In this document: positions 1 to 7,896 of the stretch, one piece after another
Numbering within the stretch: the first letter of the stretch is position 1
Layout: every line of letters begins with the position of its first letter
Assembly: GCA_040260805.1 (NCBI GenBank)
Contig: JBDQPD010000055.1
Span: 1 to 22,209 of the forward strand
Direction: 5' to 3'
Source of the DNA: Myxococcota bacterium
Lineage (GTDB): Bacteria; Myxococcota; UBA4151
Length of the DNA: 22,209 nucleotides
Made by a program: the position numbers and the translations under genes
The notes under the pieces: generated by a model
What the model was told of the DNA's origin: nothing
What the model saw: the letters and a program-made list of their open reading frames with translations, nothing else
Databases searched by the model: none

Positions 1-1434
1 GCATCGAGCCGTGAGCAAGGGCAGGTTGCGCGCGGTGAGCTCGGACAAGCTCGCGCTGAGGTCGAGTCGCTGACTCGGCGTGTAGAAGAGCTCGAGACTA
101 AGCTTTCAGAAGTGAGCACGCAGCGCAGCGATCTGGGTCAACGACTGAGCTCGGCCGAGAAGTCGGTAGCGACGACCCAAGCGCAAGCGGACGAACAGCG
201 CGACCTGGTCGGCGAGTTGCGCAAGGGCATCGCTGCCGAACAAGCTCGAAGTGAAGGGCTCGAAGAGCGCCTGAAAGCTGCTCAATCTCGGGCACAAGAT
301 CTCGAAGAAGAGGCAGACCGAGCTCGCCAGCTTGATCAGGAGTTGCAGCGTCGCAACGATGGGCACCGAGAGGAGCTCGGGCAGCTGCAAGTGACCTTAG
401 CGGCTAACCAGCAAGCCTTGTCCGAGGTTGAACATCGAGCCGAAGAAAGTCAGTGCAGAACCGCTGAGCTGTTAGAGGATTTGCAACGCCGCGGTGATGA
501 GCAATCGCAGCAAGCGGAGTTGATCAAAGAACTGCGCAGCAAAGTACGAGTCGCTGAAGAAGAGTCTCGTCATCAACGCCAAGCGCTTGAGCAGTATCGT
601 GAGGACCGAGCTCAGCTTGAGGGACAGTTCAAGCAGTTCCGTCAAGCCAGAGAGCAGCTGGTCACCGATGTGCGGAGTCGACTCGATTCGATGCACGAAC
701 GTTTGACTGGCAAAGAACAAGAACTCGCCGACGCACAACGGCGCGTCGAAGAGCTACAGCGCAGTCAGGCAGAACCGGCTCGACTCGCCAAGCGTCAAGC
801 TGAGGCTCACGAAGCTGAGGTCGGTCGATTGCGTGAGCGTCTCGAGTCTGCTGAGGTCAAGGTCCGCTCGAAGGTTGCAGAGCTTGCAGGGATCAAGGAG
901 GAGTTATCAGCCTCACGCCAGGATGCACAAAGCTCGGACCGAGCGATGCGCGATCAGTTGTCTCAAGTCGAGGAGCGTTTGGCGACGACGACACGAGATC
1001 TGCAGCTCAGCCAATTACCACAACCCGTGGCTGAACCCGAAGAGGTGGGCGAGTTGCGCCGTCAGCTGAGCGCCGAGCGCAACCGGCGAGAGCGCTTACT
1101 CAAGGAGAGCAACGAGCGCCTGCGCAAGGCCCATGAAGTGATGGCAAAGATGCGCAAGACGTTAGAGCGTTTGGGCTTGGTAAACCCAGAAGAGCAAAGC
1201 CAGTCTTCAGTAGAAAATCAAGAGCTTGAAGCGCCGATAAAGGATGCGAAGCCGGAGGAGAGTCCGGCTAAACTTGAGCGCCCAACCCTACCCAAACCCT
1301 CACTGAATCCGCCCGTCGGTGACCCGACCCTTTTACCCGATGTAGTGGAATCGATTGAGTTGCCCAAACAAACCGTACTTGCAGAGGAGCCTGAGTTCAG
1401 CGACGATCCGCCGCCTGTCATTGACGAGGATTGA
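1..1434 (+). CDS. Long coiled-coil protein with Pro/acidic C-terminal tail (5'-truncated by the window edge)
   Basis: Frame is open from base 1 (GCA TCG AGC CGT GAG CAA...) through the track ORF 112..1434, so the true start is probably upstream of the window. More than 350 aa of E/Q/R/L/A-rich heptad-like sequence, almost Pro-free, then a P/E/D-rich tail (...EEPEFSDDPPPVIDED). Stop TGA 1432-1434 overlaps the next start (TTGA). Confidence 0.8.
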   Translation, partial: ASSREQGQVARGELGQARAEVESLTRRVEELETKLSEVSTQRSDLGQRLSSAEKSVATTQAQADEQRDLVGELRKGIAAEQARSEGLEERLKAAQSRAQDLEEEADRARQLDQELQRRNDGHREELGQLQVTLAANQQALSEVEHRAEESQCRTAELLEDLQRRGDEQSQQAELIKELRSKVRVAEEESRHQRQALEQYREDRAQLEGQFKQFRQAREQLVTDVRSRLDSMHERLTGKEQELADAQRRVEELQRSQAEPARLAKRQAEAHEAEVGRLRERLESAEVKVRSKVAELAGIKEELSASRQDAQSSDRAMRDQLSQVEERLATTTRDLQLSQLPQPVAEPEEVGELRRQLSAERNRRERLLKESNERLRKAHEVMAKMRKTLERLGLVNPEEQSQSSVENQELEAPIKDAKPEESPAKLERPTLPKPSLNPPVGDPTLLPDVVESIELPKQTVLAEEPEFSDDPPPVIDED

Positions 1435-2960
1435 TCGTGCTGTATCTGTCTGGCTTAGCCGCATTGGGCGTTGGGGGTGTGTTGGGGTATCTGTTTGCCT
1501 CGACGGATCATGACGACGAAGAACTCGATGACGCCGCTGACTTTAAGCGTGCGGAGCGAGAGGTTAAGCGCCGAATTCAGCGCAAATGGCGGTTTCGTTT
1601 GCGCCGCCGCCGTAAAGAACTCAAGCAACGTTTAGGGCAAGTCGAGCGACTCAAACCCGAGATCGAGCAGCTTGAGTTTGATCCCTTTGAGGCGAATCAC
1701 CTCGACGCGACTCGGAGCGCCGTTGATACCAAGCGGCGACAGGTGCAAAGCCTTCAGGACCGATGCTCTGGGGTCAGCGCGCGCATCAAGCAGACTCAAG
1801 AACAACTCACCCAGGCGCTTTTGGAGACCACCGATGTTGATCTCGAAGAGTTCATCGATCAGCTCAATCATCGTTTGGTTGAACAAGAGCAGGGGCGTTC
1901 GGTTCGTCGCGAGCGCGAGGGTCGGCAGCACCTAGAGGTCGAAACTGAGAATGAGGCACGCAAGCTGATCATTATGGGGGTAAATCGTTACGGTGAGAGC
2001 CACTCGGTTGACCGTCTGCGCTCGTCAATTCGGGTCGATCAAAGCGATCGTCGTGACGCCTTGCTCAAGCTGAGCCCTTTGTTTGAAGCCGAGCTCGGCA
2101 TGGCGCTCGAGATGGCGCCCGAGCGTGACCAGATCATCTCGATTCGCGGGGCCGACCCGATGAAGAAGGAAGCCAGCCAAAGGATTTTGACGCGCATGCT
2201 GCAGGGTCCGGCGGATGAAAAGGTCTTCGCAAGTCTTCGTCGCACCGTCGAAGAGGGTATGAGGCGTGAGTCTTCGGCCTGCTCTCAGCGCTCGATCGAT
2301 CAGCTCGGCGTCGGCGAAATTACCGGCGAGCGTCGGCGTTTGTTGGATCGCCTTCGTTATCGGCACTCATACCGCCAGAATCAGTGGCGTCACGCCGCTG
2401 AGGTCGGTTTCTTATCGGGTATGTTGGCTTGGGAGCTCGATCTCGACCCTCGAGTCGCACGGCGCGGCGGCTTGATGCATGACATCGGTAAATCAATGAC
2501 CCACGAGGTCGAGGGCGGTCACGCAGTGCTTGGCGCCGAGGTGGCGCGTGCAGAGGATGAACACCCCGGCGTCGCCTCCTGCATTGGCGCGCACCATGGT
2601 GACGAGCCACCGCTTGGCCTTGAGCCTTATTTAGTCGCTGCTGGCGACGCCATCTCGGGCGCTCGCCCTGGGGCGCGTGTTCAAGGCGGCGAGCACCACG
2701 AGACGCTGGTGCGTGATTTAGAGCGCATCGGGCGCAACCCTCGAAAGGTCGAGAACGCCTACACGGTCCGCGGCGGGCGAGAGCTTCGGGTGATGTTGGC
2801 GATGGAAGATCGCAACGGTCGGCGCGTGAAAGTTACGCCCCAAGAGATGGAAACGATGGCGACCGAGATGAAGAGCCGCATTGAGGATGAGCTGACCTAT
2901 CCGGGAACCATCGACGTGACGGTGATTCGTCGCGTGGTCGCTGAGGTGACGGCTCGCTAA
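1431..2960 (+). CDS. rny: Ribonuclease Y family protein (TM anchor, coiled coil, degenerate KH, HD domain); divergent
   Basis: N-terminal TM (MIVLYLSGLAALGVGGVLGYLF), then a coiled coil, then RNase Y signatures RLRYRHSYRQNQWRH..EV, GLMHDIGK, HEVEGGH, IGAHHGDE, LVAAGDAISGARPGAR, GGRELRV, IEDELTYPGTIDVTVIR. The KH motif (KGRIIGREGRNIR) is not present. May be a paralogue rather than the housekeeping rny. Confidence 0.88.
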   Translation: MIVLYLSGLAALGVGGVLGYLFASTDHDDEELDDAADFKRAEREVKRRIQRKWRFRLRRRRKELKQRLGQVERLKPEIEQLEFDPFEANHLDATRSAVDTKRRQVQSLQDRCSGVSARIKQTQEQLTQALLETTDVDLEEFIDQLNHRLVEQEQGRSVRREREGRQHLEVETENEARKLIIMGVNRYGESHSVDRLRSSIRVDQSDRRDALLKLSPLFEAELGMALEMAPERDQIISIRGADPMKKEASQRILTRMLQGPADEKVFASLRRTVEEGMRRESSACSQRSIDQLGVGEITGERRRLLDRLRYRHSYRQNQWRHAAEVGFLSGMLAWELDLDPRVARRGGLMHDIGKSMTHEVEGGHAVLGAEVARAEDEHPGVASCIGAHHGDEPPLGLEPYLVAAGDAISGARPGARVQGGEHHETLVRDLERIGRNPRKVENAYTVRGGRELRVMLAMEDRNGRRVKVTPQEMETMATEMKSRIEDELTYPGTIDVTVIRRVVAEVTAR

Positions 2961-3658
2961 AACCAGGCCTTCGACCAGGTCGAAAGTAGCTCGTCTCGAT
3001 CGGGCCCGATCAGGACCTTAGTTCCTCGCTCGATGGCTGGCTCAAGCCAAGCCCACAGCTGATAGCTTTGCGCGTGCGTGCGATCGATAAGGCGCTCAGT
3101 TTCGGCTCCAGCAAGTGTTAGGAGCTTTAGCGTATGAGGGCATTTCAACGCGCAGGGTAGGCGCGCTGGAGCTTCTAGATCATGGATCAACAACCAGTCA
3201 CATCGCGCCGGTTTTGACTGAGCTAATTCGAGCCCAGCGAAGGCGATGATTGAATCCGGAGCGGTGCGCGTGACCCATCGAGTTTTGATGCACCCTGCGA
3301 GCGCTTGCCGGTCGAGTTGCTTTGCAGCGAGCTCGAGATAGCCGCCGGCATTGAAGTTAATTCCGCAGCGAGCCTCCTGCTCGATCCGCTCGTCGGAGAG
3401 CTTCGGGTCTTCGGCTACCAAGAGCTCAGCGGCAGCCTCTAGCGCAAGGTCATCGCTGCCTGGAGGCGCAAGCTGGTTGGCTAGATCGCGAGCGAAGGGT
3501 CGCATGGCGCTGGCGAGCTGCGGTCCCACCATCACCACCTGGCTCGTCGGCCAGTGATCATCGTCGCTTGCCTCGCGTGCGAAAGGGTCGCTTCCGAGCG
3601 CTTGCATGAGCCACTCATCTTGACCGCCGATCCGGTGGGTTCGACGCAGGGCATCCAA
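2957..3658 (-). CDS. Hypothetical protein (start codon uncertain)
   Basis: 233-aa ORF filling the gap between the HD-GYP gene and the rny stop; last gene of the - strand run. No motif recognised. Track start is TTG 3658, but the frame stays open to an in-frame CTG at 3691. Confidence 0.65.
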   Translation of the reverse strand: MDALRRTHRIGGQDEWLMQALGSDPFAREASDDDHWPTSQVVMVGPQLASAMRPFARDLANQLAPPGSDDLALEAAAELLVAEDPKLSDERIEQEARCGINFNAGGYLELAAKQLDRQALAGCIKTRWVTRTAPDSIIAFAGLELAQSKPARCDWLLIHDLEAPARLPCALKCPHTLKLLTLAGAETERLIDRTHAQSYQLWAWLEPAIERGTKVLIGPDRDELLSTWSKAWF

Positions 3659-3683
3659 AAGGATGAGTCGCTCACCGGCTGCA

Positions 3684-5600
3684 TTAGTCAGAGCGGCGCT
3701 CCGAATAGACCTCGGCGATCAAGCGCTGCATTCGGAAGTCGCTGCGTTCCGACTCCGCCTCAAGGTTGGTCGCAAGGCGTGATGCGGACGCATCTTGAGC
3801 GCTGACCGATAAAAATAAATCAGCGGCCTCGACGAGGCTTGCCTCTAGACTGCAAAAGACCTCCGCCAGACCGTCGAGATCTAAGGGGATCGAGCTGGCA
3901 TCGCGAAGTCGCTGGTCATCGCCTTCGGGATCATCACCTAGCCCGAGCTCGTCAGCGCTAAAGGGTTTATCAAAAAGCCCCCGAAGGTCGCCAACAACAG
4001 CCTGAGGCGTGATCACTTCTTGTTGCTCGATGAGGGCTTTAGCCCAACTCCAGACCAACCGCCGAAAAGCCGCGGTCGCAACGATAAACGGTTCGATCAT
4101 AGCAGGGTCAAACTGTGTCCCTGCGCAGCGCCTAAGTTCAGCGAGTGCCTGGTGATGATTTCGTGCGCGACGATAGGCCCGATGACTGGTCATGGCGTCG
4201 TAGGAATCGGCGATACACATCAAGCGAGACAGCGGCGGCAACAACGAAGCGGCTACACCCGATGGGTAGCCACCGCCTTCGTAGCGTTCGTGATGCCAGC
4301 AGACCGCTGGAAGGATGTCCTCCATGCTCGCTAAGGGCTTGAGCATCTGCGCCCCAACGACCGGGTGCGCTCGAAAGTGTTCGAACTGCTCGTCGGTGAG
4401 CTTTCCAGGGTGATTGATCATGGATGAATCAAGTCGGACTTTCCCGATGTCATGCAGCAGCCCTGCGTGTCCGGCGCGCGCGACGGCGCGGCGGTCCCAA
4501 CCTAACGCAAGCGCTCCGAGACGAGCGTAGACACCCACCCAGTCGCTGTGACCAGCGGTGTATTCGTCATGCATTTCAAGGGCTTGGACGAGGACCTGGA
4601 TGGTCTGACTGAAACTTCGTTCGATGTCATGTCTCAAGAACCGCTGAGTCAGCAGACCCTCTGCATGGTGAGCCAAGACCTCCAGCGTACTTCGACGCCC
4701 TGGGTGGAGCCGATGTTCTCGCTCAAAGTAAGCGATACAGAGCTCGCCGATCACCAGCTTTTTGTCCTGTTCAGGGCGCTGCATGACCAGGGGTCTGATC
4801 CATAATCGCTTGGGGCGTTGCCCCTCAAACCGCTGCTCGATCTCTTCACTTTTGGCGAGCCTTGCTTCGAAGATTTGACTGATCGGCGCATCGGCGATCG
4901 GTAGCGGTATATCTTCATTGCTTGGAAGGACACGGCGCAGATGAGGTACCCCTTCGATGGGACTGACCATCGAAACCCAAGCCAGGTCGCAATCGACCGC
5001 TTGAAAGCTCGCCTTGAGAATTAATTCAGCGCCTCGGTCTTGGTTTCCAGGCTTGTTCAGCGCCTCTGAGATCTCCAGTAAGGACGCGGCGTTGCGCAAA
5101 GCCGCCTCTTGGAGGCGTTTATGGTGCTGCTCAGCACATTTCTTGACCACCTCATCCAAGCCTTTGAGCATCGGCTTGGTCAGGTAATCAGCGGCTCCTT
5201 CAAGGATGGCGTTTTTCGCAACCTCTTCATCACCGAAGCCGGTCATGAAAATGGTCGTGACCACAATTCGATGTTCTTCAATCGAGCGCAGAAGGGCTAA
5301 CCCGTTCATGCCTTGGGTTCGACCGCCCTGACTAAAATCATAGTCCGTGAGCAGCAAATCGATCGGCTGGTCAAACATCACTTGGAGCGCATCTTCAGCG
5401 CTGTTGACCATCTGAATATCGACTTTGTCTTCGCCCATGCCGATGCGCAGTCTCTCGCCAAGCATCTCTGGAATCATTGGGTCATCATCGGCGATGAGGA
5501 TTCGCAGCACCTCTGGGCTCACCGTCGTTTCGAGGCGCGGGAGGACAAGGATCTCACCGGGCGAGAAGCTGGTTTTTAAGCCGGACCAACGAACGCTCAA
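3684..5600 (-). CDS. Response regulator / HD-GYP cyclic-dinucleotide phosphodiesterase (REC, GAF-like, HD-GYP, C-terminal extension)
   Basis: REC motifs: ILIADDD, LLLTD, FMTG, YLTKP. HD-GYP motifs: HDEYTAGHS, LLHDIGK, HPVVG, HHERYEGGGYP, IADSYDAMTSHRAYR, CAGTQFDP. The intervening ~170 aa look GAF-like (IGELCIAY...STLEVLAHHA). The TTG start overlaps the upstream TGA; the real start could be up to ~25 codons later. Confidence 0.92.
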   Translation of the reverse strand: MSVRWSGLKTSFSPGEILVLPRLETTVSPEVLRILIADDDPMIPEMLGERLRIGMGEDKVDIQMVNSAEDALQVMFDQPIDLLLTDYDFSQGGRTQGMNGLALLRSIEEHRIVVTTIFMTGFGDEEVAKNAILEGAADYLTKPMLKGLDEVVKKCAEQHHKRLQEAALRNAASLLEISEALNKPGNQDRGAELILKASFQAVDCDLAWVSMVSPIEGVPHLRRVLPSNEDIPLPIADAPISQIFEARLAKSEEIEQRFEGQRPKRLWIRPLVMQRPEQDKKLVIGELCIAYFEREHRLHPGRRSTLEVLAHHAEGLLTQRFLRHDIERSFSQTIQVLVQALEMHDEYTAGHSDWVGVYARLGALALGWDRRAVARAGHAGLLHDIGKVRLDSSMINHPGKLTDEQFEHFRAHPVVGAQMLKPLASMEDILPAVCWHHERYEGGGYPSGVAASLLPPLSRLMCIADSYDAMTSHRAYRRARNHHQALAELRRCAGTQFDPAMIEPFIVATAAFRRLVWSWAKALIEQQEVITPQAVVGDLRGLFDKPFSADELGLGDDPEGDDQRLRDASSIPLDLDGLAEVFCSLEASLVEAADLFLSVSAQDASASRLATNLEAESERSDFRMQRLIAEVYSERRSD

Positions 5601-6613
5601 AGGGATCTCCTAGGCGACTTTACGCCCTTTGGTCTGCCCCGCAAAGCAAACAACAAAAGAGTTATCCATGTGATCTGCGAATTGCTCTGGCAGCCACCGC
5701 ATCCGACGTCTGGATCCGGGGTCGGTGGATGGCTCGGCGCTGGCCTTTCCCCGACATCAGGGGGCTGACTCAGGCAGTTCGCTCGCGCCAGAGGCGCAGG
5801 AACAGCTTCGCAGGTAAACCAGATCGATTGCCCCTCATCCGCGAATGCCATCGCTTCGCATTGACCTAAACTCCAAGGCATCCAGAAGCTTTGACGACCT
5901 AACCCGGTGATCTCTCCGTCCTCGCGTTCAAGCTGGATACGCTGACCTTGAGTATAGGTCTGAACAAACAGTTCGTTGCCGCTAGGCTCGATCGCAGCCG
6001 CAGTCGCTTGGGTTGCTAACCCTTCGCCTTCCCAAGTGATCTGACCAACAACCTCGAGCACGACAGGCTCTTGTGAAGCCCAAGAATCTGATCGGAGCGC
6101 ATAGACTGTGCTGATCGCTCGCCTGCGGTTTTTGGTCACGATCAAGAGGTCGCCCGTTTGTGGGTCGGTCGCTAACCCTTCAGCATCGATAGCGCCATCG
6201 GGATAGCTCAGTCTGAGGGTTTGTGCTTCGACCGAAGTCGTCTGATTTTTTCCGGGGGGATCAGGCTCAATGATGCGGTGCACTAGGATCTCTAGACGCG
6301 CCGAAGCGTTGTCTCCGATGTCGCCGATGAAAAGACAACGAGAAGAGCCGCACGGTCCTGCCGAAAGGTCTTCCCAATCGAGCGCACCAATTCCCTCCAA
6401 GATGACCTGGCCGCGGTCGCGTCCGGATCGATCAAAGGCGAAAAGACGAGCTTGGTCGCCCGAGTCGTTATGAGACCAAAAGCCGTCGTTTCCTCTCAGG
6501 CGAACCAGCCCCGATGCTTCAGCTAAGGCAGGGTTCTCGACGCGACCAACCAGCTCGGGCTGGTCAAATGCGGGACAATTCCAAGCCGCCATGAAGAGGA
6601 ACGCTGCGTTCAT
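5597..6613 (-). CDS. Secreted beta-propeller-like protein with Pro-rich linker and MYXO-CTERM-like sorting signal
   Basis: Repeated blade-like acidic motifs EASGL, WSHNDSGD, DWEDL, FIGDIGDN, DAEGL, LLIVTK, QCEAM. Linker PPDVGERPAPSHPPTPDPD, then GCGGC, hydrophobic ITWITLLLFAL and basic RGRPK. ATG overlaps the upstream stop (ATGA). Confidence 0.78.
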   Translation of the reverse strand: MNAAFLFMAAWNCPAFDQPELVGRVENPALAEASGLVRLRGNDGFWSHNDSGDQARLFAFDRSGRDRGQVILEGIGALDWEDLSAGPCGSSRCLFIGDIGDNASARLEILVHRIIEPDPPGKNQTTSVEAQTLRLSYPDGAIDAEGLATDPQTGDLLIVTKNRRRAISTVYALRSDSWASQEPVVLEVVGQITWEGEGLATQATAAAIEPSGNELFVQTYTQGQRIQLEREDGEITGLGRQSFWMPWSLGQCEAMAFADEGQSIWFTCEAVPAPLARANCLSQPPDVGERPAPSHPPTPDPDVGCGGCQSNSQITWITLLLFALRGRPKGVKSPRRSL

Positions 6614-6939
6614 ACCCGGTCTTTGCCCTTGGAAGGTTCAATTCGACAAGCGAGGATCAACACGACCAAGGCATGGCCTAAACCCCCAGCGGGTACAGCA
6701 GCGCCTGTGAATCCGTAGTCCAGCGCCAGCCAGACGCCTAGGTGGAGCCCCTCAAGCGCGCGCCACCAGACTATTTTAATCCGGTTAAAACTCCATAAAA
6801 CGATGCCAATGAGCGTCAGTATTTGGCTTGAGATGACCGCGGTCGAGGCGAGAGGCCACCCATCCAAGGGGTGAACCCAGAGTATGTGGACCAAAGGAGG
6901 AAGGCGAAGCCATAAAATAGCGTGGGCTGCAGTCGTCAT
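6610..6939 (-). CDS. Small integral membrane protein (about 3-4 hydrophobic segments)
   Basis: 109-aa strongly hydrophobic ORF with ATG start; its stop overlaps the next start codon. Confidence 0.65.
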   Translation of the reverse strand: MTTAAHAILWLRLPPLVHILWVHPLDGWPLASTAVISSQILTLIGIVLWSFNRIKIVWWRALEGLHLGVWLALDYGFTGAAVPAGGLGHALVVLILACRIEPSKGKDRV

Positions 6940-7016
6940 GAGCGCAGTCTATGCAGGAGCGATGCCTGCTAACTAAACTCGTAAAAACAGCAGCCTAAGA
7001 AGTTCCAAGGTCGCTA

Positions 7017-7874
7017 TCAGGACAGGTGTTGACCCGCCATGCGTCGTAACCGCTCCACCCGCGCTGGAATCGGCGGGTGGGTGGCGAAGATGCGGCTTAG
7101 GCCTCCAAAGTTGAGGCCGTGAATCATCAGGTGACTGGTGTTGGGGTTGGCTCGAATTAACCCCCGTTGCATCTGCTGTTGTGCGGTTTGATCGATCACC
7201 TCAAGCGCCGATGCGAGCGCTAAAGGGTCCTGACACAAATCAGCACCGACGCGATCGGCTCGGTATTCACGCGTCCGACTGATCGCCATTTGAACCAGCA
7301 TCGCAGCGAGCGGCGCGAGCAAGGCCGTCGCAACCAGCGCCAACGGGTTTCGATCATCGTTTCGTCCGCCACCGAAGATCGCCGCAAACTGAGCGAGGTT
7401 GGCCAGCAGCGTGATCGCACCAGCGATGGTCGCTGCGATCGCTGAAATTAGGGTGTCTCGCTGCAAAATATGAGCAAACTCATGAGCCATGACGCCGCGC
7501 AGTTGGCGTTCATCGAGGCGTTGAACTAAGCCCCGGGTTACCGCCACTGCAGCGTGTCGAGGTGACCGGCCCGTCGCAAAGGCGTTTGGGGTGTCATCGT
7601 CGACGTACAAGACACGAGGTTTTGGGATGCCCGCTCGACCCGCGAGCTCCCCAACTATCGCGTGAAGCTCTGGCATCGATCCCTCGGGAACCTCTCTAGC
7701 GCCGGTCATCGTCATCACCAGCGAGTCACTCTTCCACCAGCTCACTAAATTCATGGCGGCGCCCAAACCCAGGCCGAGCATCATGCCAGCCCGGCCACCG
7801 ATCATACCGCCAACAACCACCAAAATACCGGTGATCATTGCCAGAAGCATCAAGGTCTTAAACTGATTCCACAT
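7017..7874 (-). CDS. htpX: Zinc metalloprotease HtpX (peptidase M48)
   Basis: Motifs PNAFATGR, AVTRGL, HEFAH (HExxH), AISRTREYRAD, LASAL, FATHPP; N-terminal NQFKTLMLLA. ATG 7874 with purine-rich AGAAAGAAGG upstream is preferred over the track TTG at 7898. Confidence 0.95.
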   Translation of the reverse strand: MWNQFKTLMLLAMITGILVVVGGMIGGRAGMMLGLGLGAAMNLVSWWKSDSLVMTMTGAREVPEGSMPELHAIVGELAGRAGIPKPRVLYVDDDTPNAFATGRSPRHAAVAVTRGLVQRLDERQLRGVMAHEFAHILQRDTLISAIAATIAGAITLLANLAQFAAIFGGGRNDDRNPLALVATALLAPLAAMLVQMAISRTREYRADRVGADLCQDPLALASALEVIDQTAQQQMQRGLIRANPNTSHLMIHGLNFGGLSRIFATHPPIPARVERLRRMAGQHLS

Positions 7875-7896
7875 GATTGCCGCCTTCTTTCTACTC

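Noticed and set aside
1..1434. Calling the coiled-coil protein SMC, AglZ or another named protein
   Set aside because: No Walker motifs, hinge or receiver domain is visible in the part within the window; coiled-coil composition alone is not diagnostic.
1431..2960. HD protein as a CRISPR Cas3'' or defence-system nuclease
   Set aside because: The motifs around the HD pair and the C-terminus are specifically RNase Y-like, and there are no cas genes or repeat arrays in the window.
6953..6969. GCAGG-N7-CCTGC hairpin as the htpX terminator
   Set aside because: Only a 5-bp stem, and no U-tract follows it on the - strand.
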